Positions 28,690 through 37,750 of a DNA stretch of 64,000 nucleotides are shown one piece after another. The position numbers were made by a program, and so were the translations under genes. The stretch lies in assembly GCA_937864185.1 (NCBI GenBank), contig CALMIS010000275.1, positions 13,125 to 77,124 of the forward strand, written 5' to 3'. Every line of letters starts with the position of its first letter. Positions within the stretch are counted from its first letter, which is position 1. The notes beneath the pieces were generated by a model. That model did no database searches. It was not told where the DNA came from and worked only from the letters and a program-made list of their open reading frames with translations. This stretch comes from an uncultured Chloroflexota bacterium. Lineage in GTDB: Bacteria; Chloroflexota; Anaerolineae; 4572-78; J111.

Positions 28690-29595
28690 TTAAATGGGGT
28701 TCAACGGTTGGACTTGAGGCTTCAAATTGAGCTCTTTGATCAGGGTTCTTAACTCATCATCGGTGAGGGTTCGATTTTGGCCGGCGTAAGCGATGAGTGC
28801 GGCTTCCATGACGTTGGTGCCAAATGAGCGACCATCGAGCCGGGGCGTGCTGGTGATAAGGTAAGATACCCCTCGCTGGCGCAACTGGTCCACATCCTGG
28901 GCGGTGGTGGTATTGGTAATAATGACTTTGCCGGCTAAATCGAGGGGCATGTAGCGCTGGATATACTGAAAATCGCCCGCGATCACGGGACCGTAGTTAA
29001 ACCACGTTTCGTATTTGGGGGTATTGAGAGTCTGATTCTGGCCGGTGGGGTAGAGCATACTGATCGGCATCTGGCCGATCACGGGCAGCAGCAGCGAGGC
29101 TAAACGGCGGAGACGAGTCAAACCTTTGATCGGGATCGGCAGCCCCAAACTGAACATCAGGTCACAAAAAACTAAATCGAACCCGGCCCGATGCAGCGAC
29201 TCGGCCATGCCGTACCGATCGGCGGCCAGCGGCATCATTGCCCGGCGAGGCGTGAACGGATGGTTGATTTGGCTCTCGATTTCTTGGAAGATGGTGCGTT
29301 CCAGGGTGTATTTCAGGCCGCGACCATCGGTGTAAGGGGTGCGGGTGACCCCTTTGACCAGATTTATGCCGGAGCGAAGCGGGTAGTTTTTCTCCAGCAC
29401 TCGGATATAGAGCTCCACACCGCCGACGCCAAAGGCATCAACCTGGCCATCGAGCTCGGTGAACAGGCGCCGGGCTTTCTGTTCATCGCCGTCGCAGCCA
29501 AGGCGCTCAATGCAGATAGGCTGATCGCCCAAGGTGATCTCAACGCGCTTGTCTCGCTTGGCACTGCCCAGGCTGATGCTGACGACGCGCTTCAT
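28690..29595 (-). CDS. conserved hypothetical protein (family I recall being annotated quinate/shikimate 5-dehydrogenase-like)
   Basis: 301 aa. The N-terminus MKRVVSISLGSAKRDKRVEI resembles that family from memory. Last gene of a five-gene minus-strand operon. Confidence 0.4.
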   Translation of the reverse strand: MKRVVSISLGSAKRDKRVEITLGDQPICIERLGCDGDEQKARRLFTELDGQVDAFGVGGVELYIRVLEKNYPLRSGINLVKGVTRTPYTDGRGLKYTLERTIFQEIESQINHPFTPRRAMMPLAADRYGMAESLHRAGFDLVFCDLMFSLGLPIPIKGLTRLRRLASLLLPVIGQMPISMLYPTGQNQTLNTPKYETWFNYGPVIAGDFQYIQRYMPLDLAGKVIITNTTTAQDVDQLRQRGVSYLITSTPRLDGRSFGTNVMEAALIAYAGQNRTLTDDELRTLIKELNLKPQVQPLNPI

Positions 29596-29600
29596 GGCGG

Positions 29601-30374
29601 TTAGGGTTGAATATCGGCCACGGAGTCGTAGACATAATTGGGCCGATAGGGGAAGGTATTGATCATCGCTCGGCTGGTGACGCCGGTCAAAACCAGGATC
29701 GTTTCCAGCCCACTTTCCAGGCCAATTTTGACGTCGGTATCCATCCGATCGCCGATCATCACGGCATTTTCCGAGTGTTCATCCAGGTAACGCAGGGCGG
29801 TCCGCATCATTAGCGGATTGGGTTTGCCGACAAAGTACGGGCTGAAACCGGTGGCACTTTCGATTAAGGCCGCAACCGCGCCGCAGGCCGGGACAAGGCC
29901 GTCCTCGCTTGGGCCTGAAGGGTCGGGGTTAGTGGCAATGAAGGGCACCCCCGCTGAAATGAGCCGGATAGCCCGAATGATCTTATCGTAGGGATAAGAC
30001 TCGGTCTCACCCAGAATGACATAATCCGGGTTATAGTCGGTAAACGAGTAGTTGATCTCGGACAAAGCTTGATACAGGCCCGTATCGCCAATGACGTAAG
30101 CGGTTCCCTCCGGTTTCTGAGAGTGAACAAATGCCGCCGCGGCCTTGGCACTGCTGTAGATATTGTCCGCTTTGACCTTAAAGCCGGATGATTCCAGCCG
30201 GTGTTGCAAGTCGATGGTCGTATAGCGCGAGTTGTTGGTCAGCACTAAGAAGCGGTGCTTGCCATCGAGCAGGCGCTGAATGAAATCGATGGCCCCGGGG
30301 ATTGCTTTCTGGCCGTGCACCAGCACGCCGTCCATATCGATCAGGTAGGTCTTCTTCTTGTTTTTTTTGCTCAT
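29601..30374 (-). CDS. HAD-IIA family hydrolase (NagD-like sugar phosphatase)
   Basis: Motif I YLIDMDGVL, motif II LTNNS and motif IV GDRMDTD. 257 aa. Confidence 0.8.
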   Translation of the reverse strand: MSKKNKKKTYLIDMDGVLVHGQKAIPGAIDFIQRLLDGKHRFLVLTNNSRYTTIDLQHRLESSGFKVKADNIYSSAKAAAAFVHSQKPEGTAYVIGDTGLYQALSEINYSFTDYNPDYVILGETESYPYDKIIRAIRLISAGVPFIATNPDPSGPSEDGLVPACGAVAALIESATGFSPYFVGKPNPLMMRTALRYLDEHSENAVMIGDRMDTDVKIGLESGLETILVLTGVTSRAMINTFPYRPNYVYDSVADIQP

Positions 30375-30392
30375 CGTTGTTGAGTCTTGGTG

Positions 30393-31670
30393 TTAAGGGA
30401 TAGTTTCTTTCACCCACTGGAGCGGACTGACCGCAATACCGTTCAGGCGTAGCTCCCAGTGCAGATGTGGCCCGGTCGATAGCCCGGTGTTGCCGATCAG
30501 GCCAATAATCTCGCCGGCCTGAACCTCTTGGCCTTCGACGACCATGATTTCGCTTTGATGCCAATAGCCGGAAAAAAGTCCCAGGCCGTGGTCAATCAGA
30601 ACCGCCTGGCCACGCACCGTCAGCGGTTGGGCCAGAACCACTTTGCCGGGAGCCGGAGCGTAAATCGGCGTGCCTACCCCGCCGCCAAAGTCTGCTCCGC
30701 CGTGGAAGCTCAGCTCAGGGCTGTCGTTATAGGTCCGGCGGGTACCAAAGGCGCTGGTGACCCGGGGTGAAGTGCCGGCTACGGGATAGCGAAACGGACC
30801 CTGCCACAACGGCTGCGGCGTAATCCGCGACCAGAGGGCTACCATTAATTCCTGCTCTTGGGCGACCAACTCCGCTTGTAACAGATCGGCCCGGCTGCCA
30901 GTGAGATTAATGGTTTCCGAGTCGTATGGGCCACCGACCACGTTGATACTCTCGGTTCGAGAGACGGTTCGTCCATCTTGCAAGGTAGCGTTGAGGGTAA
31001 GCGAGTAAATCTTCGGCTCGGCCAAGGCGTGGATGGGCACCAACCCCCAAAACTGGTTGCCGCCGCTGTTAAAAAAGTAGACAGGCTGGTCCTCAAACAG
31101 ACCCCCTAAAGCCGCCGGTTCGGTCAAGGTGACTCTAACTATGAGGGTCCGGCCCTGGACAATCGCCGGCTCAGAGATCTGCACGTTGGCAAACGGCGGG
31201 CTAAAAGGGGCTTGGGGCACGGCGGGTCCGGCCAGGGGCAGCCGCAGCGCCTGGCCAACTTCCAGGACATTGACATCCGTCAAATTGTTAACTCGAACCA
31301 AATCCTCTACGGTTAGCCCATAACCCGCGGCGATTAGGGAAATAGTCTCACCCGGTTGCACAATGTGGCTATTGGTTCGGAGGGCCGGTTGTTCGTTGCT
31401 TGGGGCCGGTGGCGCGCTTAAACCGGGCAGGATCAGCTTTTGGCCGGGAAAAATCAGGCTGGGATTAACCAGGTCATTGGCCACAATGATATCGGCCAGC
31501 CTAAGATTGTACTTTAAAGCAATGAGGATCAGGCTATCGCCGGCCTGGACGGTGTAGATGTAGTCTTCGGTTGCTTGAGGCGCAGCCGGCGGGTCATCAG
31601 CCAGCGCCGGCGGAACACCGGCAAACAGAGTGCCGGCGATGATCAACAATACAACTAGACGTTTGAACAT
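30393..31670 (-). CDS. secreted LysM-domain M23 family metallopeptidase
   Basis: Signal-like N-terminus. Two LysM repeats (YTVQAGDSLILIALKY..., HIVQPGETISLIAAGY...). M23 motifs HGGADFG and GNTGLSTGPHLHWELR. Confidence 0.85.
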   Translation of the reverse strand: MFKRLVVLLIIAGTLFAGVPPALADDPPAAPQATEDYIYTVQAGDSLILIALKYNLRLADIIVANDLVNPSLIFPGQKLILPGLSAPPAPSNEQPALRTNSHIVQPGETISLIAAGYGLTVEDLVRVNNLTDVNVLEVGQALRLPLAGPAVPQAPFSPPFANVQISEPAIVQGRTLIVRVTLTEPAALGGLFEDQPVYFFNSGGNQFWGLVPIHALAEPKIYSLTLNATLQDGRTVSRTESINVVGGPYDSETINLTGSRADLLQAELVAQEQELMVALWSRITPQPLWQGPFRYPVAGTSPRVTSAFGTRRTYNDSPELSFHGGADFGGGVGTPIYAPAPGKVVLAQPLTVRGQAVLIDHGLGLFSGYWHQSEIMVVEGQEVQAGEIIGLIGNTGLSTGPHLHWELRLNGIAVSPLQWVKETIP

Positions 31671-31689
31671 GAGTAATTCCGGTCACTCA

Positions 31690-32118
31690 CTACCCCGAAA
31701 TTTCAACCGGTTTAATGCCTTTGTAAGTGATCCGGCTGCCGATCGTTTTCAGGATCATTTCGGCCGACTTGGTAGTGCCAATCATCTGTCGGATTTCAAG
31801 CGGGGATAGGGGGGCATTATCCGTCACCATAAAGGCTCGAAAGATAGCGCTGGTCAGCGGTATCCGACTGCTCAGAAACTCGGGGTCATCTTTGCACTGC
31901 TCACGAATGAGGTGCCACAGCCAATCAATCTGAAAGACCTCGCCGGTATCGGGACTAACCCAATCAAATGTTCGTCCTTCAACCTCATCGACCAACTCCT
32001 GGCAGGCCTCGCAGGCATGACCTCGAAGAAAAGCCCGTAGGTTTTGGCCTTTCTGTTGCCACCAGGAAAAATCGATGTGAAATTTAGTCTCGACGGTCGG
32101 TTTGACGTATTTGGCCAT
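31690..32118 (-). CDS. hypothetical protein (142 aa)
   Basis: The ATG at 32118 is preceded by a strong SD AGGAGAGGA that overlaps the stop of the upstream gene. No family recognised. Confidence 0.6.
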   Translation of the reverse strand: MAKYVKPTVETKFHIDFSWWQQKGQNLRAFLRGHACEACQELVDEVEGRTFDWVSPDTGEVFQIDWLWHLIREQCKDDPEFLSSRIPLTSAIFRAFMVTDNAPLSPLEIRQMIGTTKSAEMILKTIGSRITYKGIKPVEISG

Positions 32119-32131
32119 AACGGATCCTCTC

Positions 32132-33736
32132 CTAATCCCGCAAACTCGGATCGTAAGTCCAGTAGCCGTGGTCAATATGGATAAATGCTGGATGCTTCAC
32201 CAACTCCTGGAAGACGATGCCGGGTGGAGTGCGCCGTAAAAGGTTGACCGCACTATACAATGTTTTGGCGTGAACTGTGCTCTGGGGATTCAATTTGGAC
32301 AACTCCGGAAAAACATTGCATAGGATATCGTAGACGGACAGGTCCCGCTCCTCAGCACCAAGCCAGGCCTTGTCCGTATTATCAGGCGTGTGATCGCCGA
32401 TGATCATCAGTTCATCGTAGGTACAGCCAACCGGCGAGGGGTTCATGGTGAAGGTCAGCTTGTTCCCACTGACGGACACCAGCCGGACCCAATCGCGAGA
32501 GCGTGATGGATCGAATTCGACGATGACCTGCAGCGGCTCTTTGCCTGGCCGCACGGTAATAAAGGCGCCCACCGGTAACTTATTTTTGCTGTACCAGCGA
32601 TCTAAGCCAAAAACGTACTTGTGGGCGTAAACGGTCCAGCCGGGAAACTTTTCACCGGTGCGCCCGTCTACAAACTCGAATCGAACCGGATTATAGTTGC
32701 TTTTGGGAAAGAAAGGCAAGGATTTAGGGGTCAAGGGTAACGTGCCGACCCGCCAATGCGGATAGTTGAGCACGATGGTTGCCCGTTTGGGTCCCTCTTC
32801 CGATACTTCAACATCATCGGGATGGGTTAATTCATCATCAATTTCCGACAGCAGGTCAAGAAGATCATCATTAAAGATACTTGGGTCATATTCCGGGTTA
32901 CGGTTTTGCAGCCGGCGGGGGGGATAATAGGCTTCCGGGGGAGCCATCCGCTCCAAATACCATGAAACCTCACCGCTGGGACCGACATCCTCGAAACGCT
33001 CGTCGCTGTCCAGGCGGTAGTTGACTGAAAAACGCAGGACATCGTTGATCTTGTGCTGAGGGGTGCCCATTTGCTCGATTAAGGCATTGACGCTTAACGG
33101 GCCCTGATTGATGTCGATCGCGGCATCGGCAATATTGTACAGACCTTCATTGAACTCCGGCAATAAATCGACCAGCAGGTACTGGTCATGAAACTTTGCA
33201 AAGTCAGGACTTTCATCGAGGGCCGTTTGAATCTTAGAGCGGATAGACGATCCATACAGGGCATACAGCTCTTCCGGAGTATGGACCCCTTCACCAGCGG
33301 ACAAAAGTTGATCAGTGCCGCTGTTGAGTCGATGCTCAGCCTGAAAATCAGCTACAAAATCGCGCAATCTGTCCCCGCCAAAATCGACCGTAACAACGGT
33401 AAAACTGCCATAATCTGGGTGCTGGCCTGTCCGTGTAGAAATTACTTTCCCGGTGGCAAAATCTAAAGCCGGAAAAATTAGTTTATCGCCGACTGGACAA
33501 CTGGCACTGGGCTGGTACAGCCTGCCGTCCTGTAGTTCCCGGCGGGTCTGGACTTCCTCTTCGTTTACCAACCGGGTTACCAGATTGAGGGCAATATTAT
33601 CGATATGGACTGGACTATTTTGCTCAAAAATCTGCTGATAAATGGCCTCGATGTCTTTGCTACTCAGTTTAAACTGTTGCTGCCAAAACTGGTTGGTTTG
33701 AGTTTTACGCTGCATCAAGGGTGGAGAATACCTCAA
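32132..33736 (-). CDS. hypothetical protein (534 aa), possible HARE-HTH-like termini
   Basis: Long ORF with no recognised catalytic motif. The C-terminal segment (HAKTLYSAVNLLRRTPPGIVFQELVKHPAFIHIDHGYWTY) loosely resembles RNA polymerase delta-type HARE-HTH. The start is ambiguous: TTG at 33736 or ATG at 33715. Confidence 0.55.
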   Translation of the reverse strand: MRYSPPLMQRKTQTNQFWQQQFKLSSKDIEAIYQQIFEQNSPVHIDNIALNLVTRLVNEEEVQTRRELQDGRLYQPSASCPVGDKLIFPALDFATGKVISTRTGQHPDYGSFTVVTVDFGGDRLRDFVADFQAEHRLNSGTDQLLSAGEGVHTPEELYALYGSSIRSKIQTALDESPDFAKFHDQYLLVDLLPEFNEGLYNIADAAIDINQGPLSVNALIEQMGTPQHKINDVLRFSVNYRLDSDERFEDVGPSGEVSWYLERMAPPEAYYPPRRLQNRNPEYDPSIFNDDLLDLLSEIDDELTHPDDVEVSEEGPKRATIVLNYPHWRVGTLPLTPKSLPFFPKSNYNPVRFEFVDGRTGEKFPGWTVYAHKYVFGLDRWYSKNKLPVGAFITVRPGKEPLQVIVEFDPSRSRDWVRLVSVSGNKLTFTMNPSPVGCTYDELMIIGDHTPDNTDKAWLGAEERDLSVYDILCNVFPELSKLNPQSTVHAKTLYSAVNLLRRTPPGIVFQELVKHPAFIHIDHGYWTYDPSLRD

Positions 33737-33768
33737 TCATAATTTTTTGGGGAAAATTCAGAATGATA

Positions 33769-33797
33769 ATTATACTCTGCCGACCAATGCTTGACAA
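33769..33797 (-). promoter_or_regulatory. strong sigma70 promoter of the five-gene minus-strand operon
   Basis: Minus-strand TTGTCA (33797-33792), a 17-nt spacer and TATAAT (33774-33769). Confidence 0.65.
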
Positions 33798-34137
33798 ATC
33801 ATTATCTTTAGGGAGTTTAAGGACGTAAACAACATCATGAGTGGGCAGAGGCGGCAAAAATGAAAAAGTGCGCTCACCTGGGAGGAAGTGAACGCACTTT
33901 CTCTAGTCTCCTATTGCGTCGAAAATAAACAAAAATCTTGGGGAAGATTTTTTCCAGCGTCAGTCAGGCCGATAAACTTTAGAGGCTTTTTGCACGGCTG
34001 TGGGTGCAGCCGCTTGGGAGGACAAGACGCAATAGGTTCTTAATTGATTGTAACTATACCATATCTGAGACTCGCTGTCAGTAAAAATACCGTAAATATT
34101 CGCAAAATCTGTTGACTAAGGCGAGGGTCAACTCAGC

Positions 34138-34166
34138 TTGATTCTCGCTCGATGTCGTGCTACACT
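34138..34166 (+). promoter_or_regulatory. extended -10 promoter for the ABC exporter gene
   Basis: TTGATT (34138-34143), a 17-nt spacer ending in TGc, then TACACT (34161-34166). Confidence 0.5.
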
Positions 34167-34199
34167 GCCCGTGTTTGTTCTCAGTCAAAGCTCGCAACT

Positions 34200-36026
34200 A
34201 TGTTCCGACCCCGTCGCCCTCTAGCCGATAGCCCGCAGGATCGGGTGCCGATCACGCGTCAGCGCCTGACCGACTATCTCCGTTTGCTCCGTTATGCCCG
34301 GCCCTATTGGGCGCGAATGGGGTTAGCCTTCATCGCCCTCTCAATGGGGACTTTGCTCGGGTTGTTGATGCCGCTGGTGGTTCAGACCGTGGTCGATGTC
34401 GTTCTTATCGATCAAAGTCTGGCTCAACTTAATCGTTTTGCTCTCTTATTGCTGGTCATCTTTGCCGCTCAAGCCGGTTTCAGCTTCATCAACCGTTACC
34501 ACATGGCCTTCGCCGGTGAACGGGTGGTGGCTGATCTGCGCCGGCAGCTCTATGAGCATTTGATGTCGCTTTCTCTCCGCTTCTTCGCCGACCGCCGCAC
34601 CGGCGAGATCGTCTCCCGCGTCACCAACGATGTGACCGCTCTCCAGGCTGCCATTACCGATAATCTGGTCACCTTGCTCCAGCAAAGTTTAACCCTGATT
34701 GGGGGTGTCTTTTTCTTGTTTTGGCTCAACTGGCGGCTGACCAGCATCATCTTGCTGGGCATTCCGATTATTACGTTGACGATGGTCTTTTTGGGCCGAA
34801 AGATTCGACGAGCCGCCACCGAGGTTCAGGATGCCCTGGCCGAGGCCTCGGCCGTGGTCGAGGAGAGCGTCGGTGGCATCCGGATCGTCAAGTCGTTTGC
34901 CCGAGAAGCCTATGAGGTGTCGCGCTTTGGCTCCAAAATTGAGGTAACTTTCCAGGCGGCTATGCAGCGAGCCCGGATTGCGGCCATCCTGGCGCCAATC
35001 ATCGGCTTTCTGGCTTTCATGTCGATTACCGTCACCATCTGGTTTGGGGGTTACGAAGTGATCGCGGGCCGGCTCTCGCCCGGCGGGCTGGTGGCTTTCT
35101 TGATCTACACCTTGTTGGTCGCCGGGCCAATTGCCGCTTTTTCCGGCCTTTATACCCAGTTTCAAAGCGCTTTAGGAGCCACGGAGCGGCTCTTTGAACT
35201 GCTGGATACTCCGCCTGACATCACCGACGCGCCCGGGGCTTACCCTCTGCCCGAAATTGTGGGCCGGGTCACCTTTGAGCATGTCAGCTTTGACTACGGC
35301 GCGGCCATCCCGGTTCTGCGCGATGTTTCGCTCGATGTCCGGCCGGGACAGGTCATTGCCCTCGTTGGCCCAAGCGGGGCCGGGAAGACCACTTTGGTCA
35401 ACCTGATTCCTCGTTTCTATGATGTTACGGCCGGGCGGATTCTGATCGATGATCACGAACTGAGCCAGGTGACTAATCTGAGCCTGCGCCGGCAAATCGG
35501 GATCGTGCCGCAGGAGTCGATTCTCTTCTCCGATACAATCTATGAGAATATCCGTTACGGTAAGCTCGAGGCTAGTCAGGCCGAAATTGAGGCTGCTGCC
35601 CGGGCGGCCAATGCCCACGACTTTATTGTCGAGCTGCCGGCCGGTTACCAGACCAAAGTGGGTGAACGGGGCATCAAGTTGAGCGGGGGCCAGCGCCAGC
35701 GCGTTGCCATTGCCCGGGCGATTCTCAAAGATCCCCGTATTCTTATCTTGGATGAGGCTACCTCTTCACTCGACAGTGAATCGGAAAGTTTAGTGCAAGA
35801 AGCCCTGGAACGCTTGATGCGCTCGCGTACTACTTTTGTGATTGCTCACCGGCTGAGCACCATCACTAAAGCCGATTGGATTATTGTGCTCGAGCGAGGT
35901 CAAATTGTGGAGCAAGGCCCCCACGAGCGGCTGCTGGCGCAGCAGGGATTGTATTTTAGATTGCACTCCATGCAGTTTAGGACTGAAGATGGCGTCAGTG
36001 GCCAGATGGTGATGAACCTGAGCTAG
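34200..36026 (+). CDS. ABC exporter, fused permease/ATPase (MsbA/multidrug type)
   Basis: Six-TM ABC_membrane domain. Walker A GPSGAGKTT, signature LSGGQRQR and Walker B ILILDEATS. The ATG at 34200 is chosen because the track start at 34152 falls inside the predicted promoter. No clear SD. Confidence 0.85.
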   Translation: MFRPRRPLADSPQDRVPITRQRLTDYLRLLRYARPYWARMGLAFIALSMGTLLGLLMPLVVQTVVDVVLIDQSLAQLNRFALLLLVIFAAQAGFSFINRYHMAFAGERVVADLRRQLYEHLMSLSLRFFADRRTGEIVSRVTNDVTALQAAITDNLVTLLQQSLTLIGGVFFLFWLNWRLTSIILLGIPIITLTMVFLGRKIRRAATEVQDALAEASAVVEESVGGIRIVKSFAREAYEVSRFGSKIEVTFQAAMQRARIAAILAPIIGFLAFMSITVTIWFGGYEVIAGRLSPGGLVAFLIYTLLVAGPIAAFSGLYTQFQSALGATERLFELLDTPPDITDAPGAYPLPEIVGRVTFEHVSFDYGAAIPVLRDVSLDVRPGQVIALVGPSGAGKTTLVNLIPRFYDVTAGRILIDDHELSQVTNLSLRRQIGIVPQESILFSDTIYENIRYGKLEASQAEIEAAARAANAHDFIVELPAGYQTKVGERGIKLSGGQRQRVAIARAILKDPRILILDEATSSLDSESESLVQEALERLMRSRTTFVIAHRLSTITKADWIIVLERGQIVEQGPHERLLAQQGLYFRLHSMQFRTEDGVSGQMVMNLS

Positions 36027-37440
36027 CTTTGGCCTCGGCCCAGAGGGCATCCAATTGTTGAATGGACAGCTTGGCCAGGTTTTGGCCCCGCGCTTTAGCG
36101 GACTGCTCCATCTGGCGGAAGCGCCGCTTGAAGCGAGCGTTAGTGGCCCGCAGGGCGCTTTCCGGATCGATTTTGCGCCAGCGGGCCAGGTTGACGACGC
36201 TAAACAGCAGATCCCCAACCTCCGACTCCAGGTCGGGTAGAGTGGTCGCCTGCGTGATTTCTTGAGCTTCCTCAATAATTTTGTCCATAACACCCTCAAC
36301 GTTGTCCCACTCAAAACCCACCCGGGCCGCTTTCTTAGAGATGGCCAGGGCTTCGGCCAGAGCCGGCAGAGCCGTCGGCACGCCATCGAGCGCCGAGCGA
36401 TCCGCTTCGATCTGGCCTTTGGCCGCTTTTTCCGCTTGCTTAATCACCTCCCAGTTAGCGGTGACTTCATCGGCGTGATTGGCGATGACATTGCCAAAGA
36501 CGTGCGGGTGACGGCGCAGCATCTTGCGGTTGATGTGGTCTAGAACAGTGCCCATTTTGAACTCGGCCTGGTCGGTGGCAACCTGGGCGTGCAGCACAAT
36601 TTGGAGCAGCAAATCGCCCATCTCGTCGGCCAGGGCCGCCGGGTCGCCGCCATCAAGGGCTTCCAGCACCTCATAAGTCTCTTCCAGGAGATAAGGCCGC
36701 AGACTCTGGTGGCTTTGCTCGCGATCCCAGGGGCAGCCTTCCGGCGAACGCAGGTGGGCGATGGTTTCCTGAAAAGTGGTGAAACCGCTGTAAGCGGGGT
36801 CTGGCGGCAGGTAAAGGAGCGTAAACGGTTCAAACGCCTGGGTCTCGAGTTGGTCAAGGCGGCAGACAACCGTTCGCTCCGCCGCCGTACCCAAGGCGTG
36901 CAGCAGGGTGACCTCGAAGTCGTGGGGATAAGCGTTGAGGAGCGGGCGTTTGATCCGCAGGGCGAGCTCGGTGCGGTCAAGATGGAGCACCAGGGCTGGT
37001 CGATCCGGTTCCAGCGGCGCGTGGTAACGCGTGGCCAGGCTCGTAGCTTGGACAAGCTGGAGTGAAGCCGCCGGATTGAGATTCAGCGCCACCAGGGCAG
37101 CCTCGGTATAGCTGAGGCCCGGAATTACTTTGGCGGGCATGGCCTGGGCGCGGGCTTGAGCTAAAATGATCGGCACGCTGGCCTCATCGCTGACGGGGTG
37201 ACCCGGCACCGCATAAACCAGGTCGGGTTCTTCGAGCGCCAGGCGCAGCACTTCGGTGGCGATCGCCGCAGGGGTTTGGCTCGCCAGATTATCAAACGAA
37301 GTGGTAGGCGCCGGAATGTTGGCTACGCTGGCATGGTGGGCGGTCCGGAGATAGACCATTTTTGCCTGCTGGAGGGCTTGAGCCGCAGCTCGCGTCCAAT
37401 GTTGGGCATCGCCGGGGCCCAGGCCGATGATCGTGATCAT
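35995..37440 (-). CDS. YabN-type fusion: tetrapyrrole-methylase-like domain + tandem MazG NTP pyrophosphohydrolase domains
   Basis: N-terminal IIGLGPGD methylase-fold motif. Two MazG EExxE/D motifs (LLEETYEVLEAL...EMGDLLLQ; IIEEAQEI...EVGDLLFSVVNLAR). AGGAG SD upstream. Its 3' end overlaps the convergent ABC gene by 32 bp. Confidence 0.8.
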   Translation of the reverse strand: MITIIGLGPGDAQHWTRAAAQALQQAKMVYLRTAHHASVANIPAPTTSFDNLASQTPAAIATEVLRLALEEPDLVYAVPGHPVSDEASVPIILAQARAQAMPAKVIPGLSYTEAALVALNLNPAASLQLVQATSLATRYHAPLEPDRPALVLHLDRTELALRIKRPLLNAYPHDFEVTLLHALGTAAERTVVCRLDQLETQAFEPFTLLYLPPDPAYSGFTTFQETIAHLRSPEGCPWDREQSHQSLRPYLLEETYEVLEALDGGDPAALADEMGDLLLQIVLHAQVATDQAEFKMGTVLDHINRKMLRRHPHVFGNVIANHADEVTANWEVIKQAEKAAKGQIEADRSALDGVPTALPALAEALAISKKAARVGFEWDNVEGVMDKIIEEAQEITQATTLPDLESEVGDLLFSVVNLARWRKIDPESALRATNARFKRRFRQMEQSAKARGQNLAKLSIQQLDALWAEAKASSGSSPSGH

Positions 37441-37636
37441 GGTTCACTCCTGTGAAAATAGCGCCGCAGGCCGGGGGGCTTGGGGGGTAGTACCCCCAAA
37501 AACTCATTTTCATTCTCGGTCTCGAACCCCCGGTTCTGTCGGTCTCCTTAGAAACAAGAATTATTACCCGGCGGCATTATAGCCAGCGGTCCGGCTTTTG
37601 AAAAGCAGGTCGATCTTGAGGGCGGTTCGGATACAT

Positions 37637-37665
37637 TTGCCAGGGTTTTCCACCAATGATATAAT
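37637..37665 (+). promoter_or_regulatory. near-consensus sigma70 promoter for the S1-domain gene
   Basis: TTGCCA (37637-37642), a 17-nt spacer and TATAAT (37660-37665). Confidence 0.65.
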
Positions 37666-37750
37666 CGGCGCTTGTTAAAAAAGGTACGAATTCACCCCTC
37701 AAGTTGTTAAAAGACCATCTGTGAGGCGGTATTTAGTCTGAGGAGAAGGT

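Noticed and set aside
28412-28730. Track ORFs 28412-28648 (-) and 28446-28730 (+), and the start of ORF 24774-25430 (+), which give WKxGRLEGW-type peptides.
   Set aside because: They are translations of the 8-nt-period simple repeats. An 8-nt period is incompatible with a coding-driven repeat, and both strands appear open only because of the base composition.
37470-37560. tRNA-like GGTTCGAG T-loop motif on the minus strand and a GGGGGTAGTACCCCC hairpin.
   Set aside because: No complementary T-stem, acceptor stem or anticodon arm can be drawn. The hairpin lacks a U-tract in the relevant orientation.
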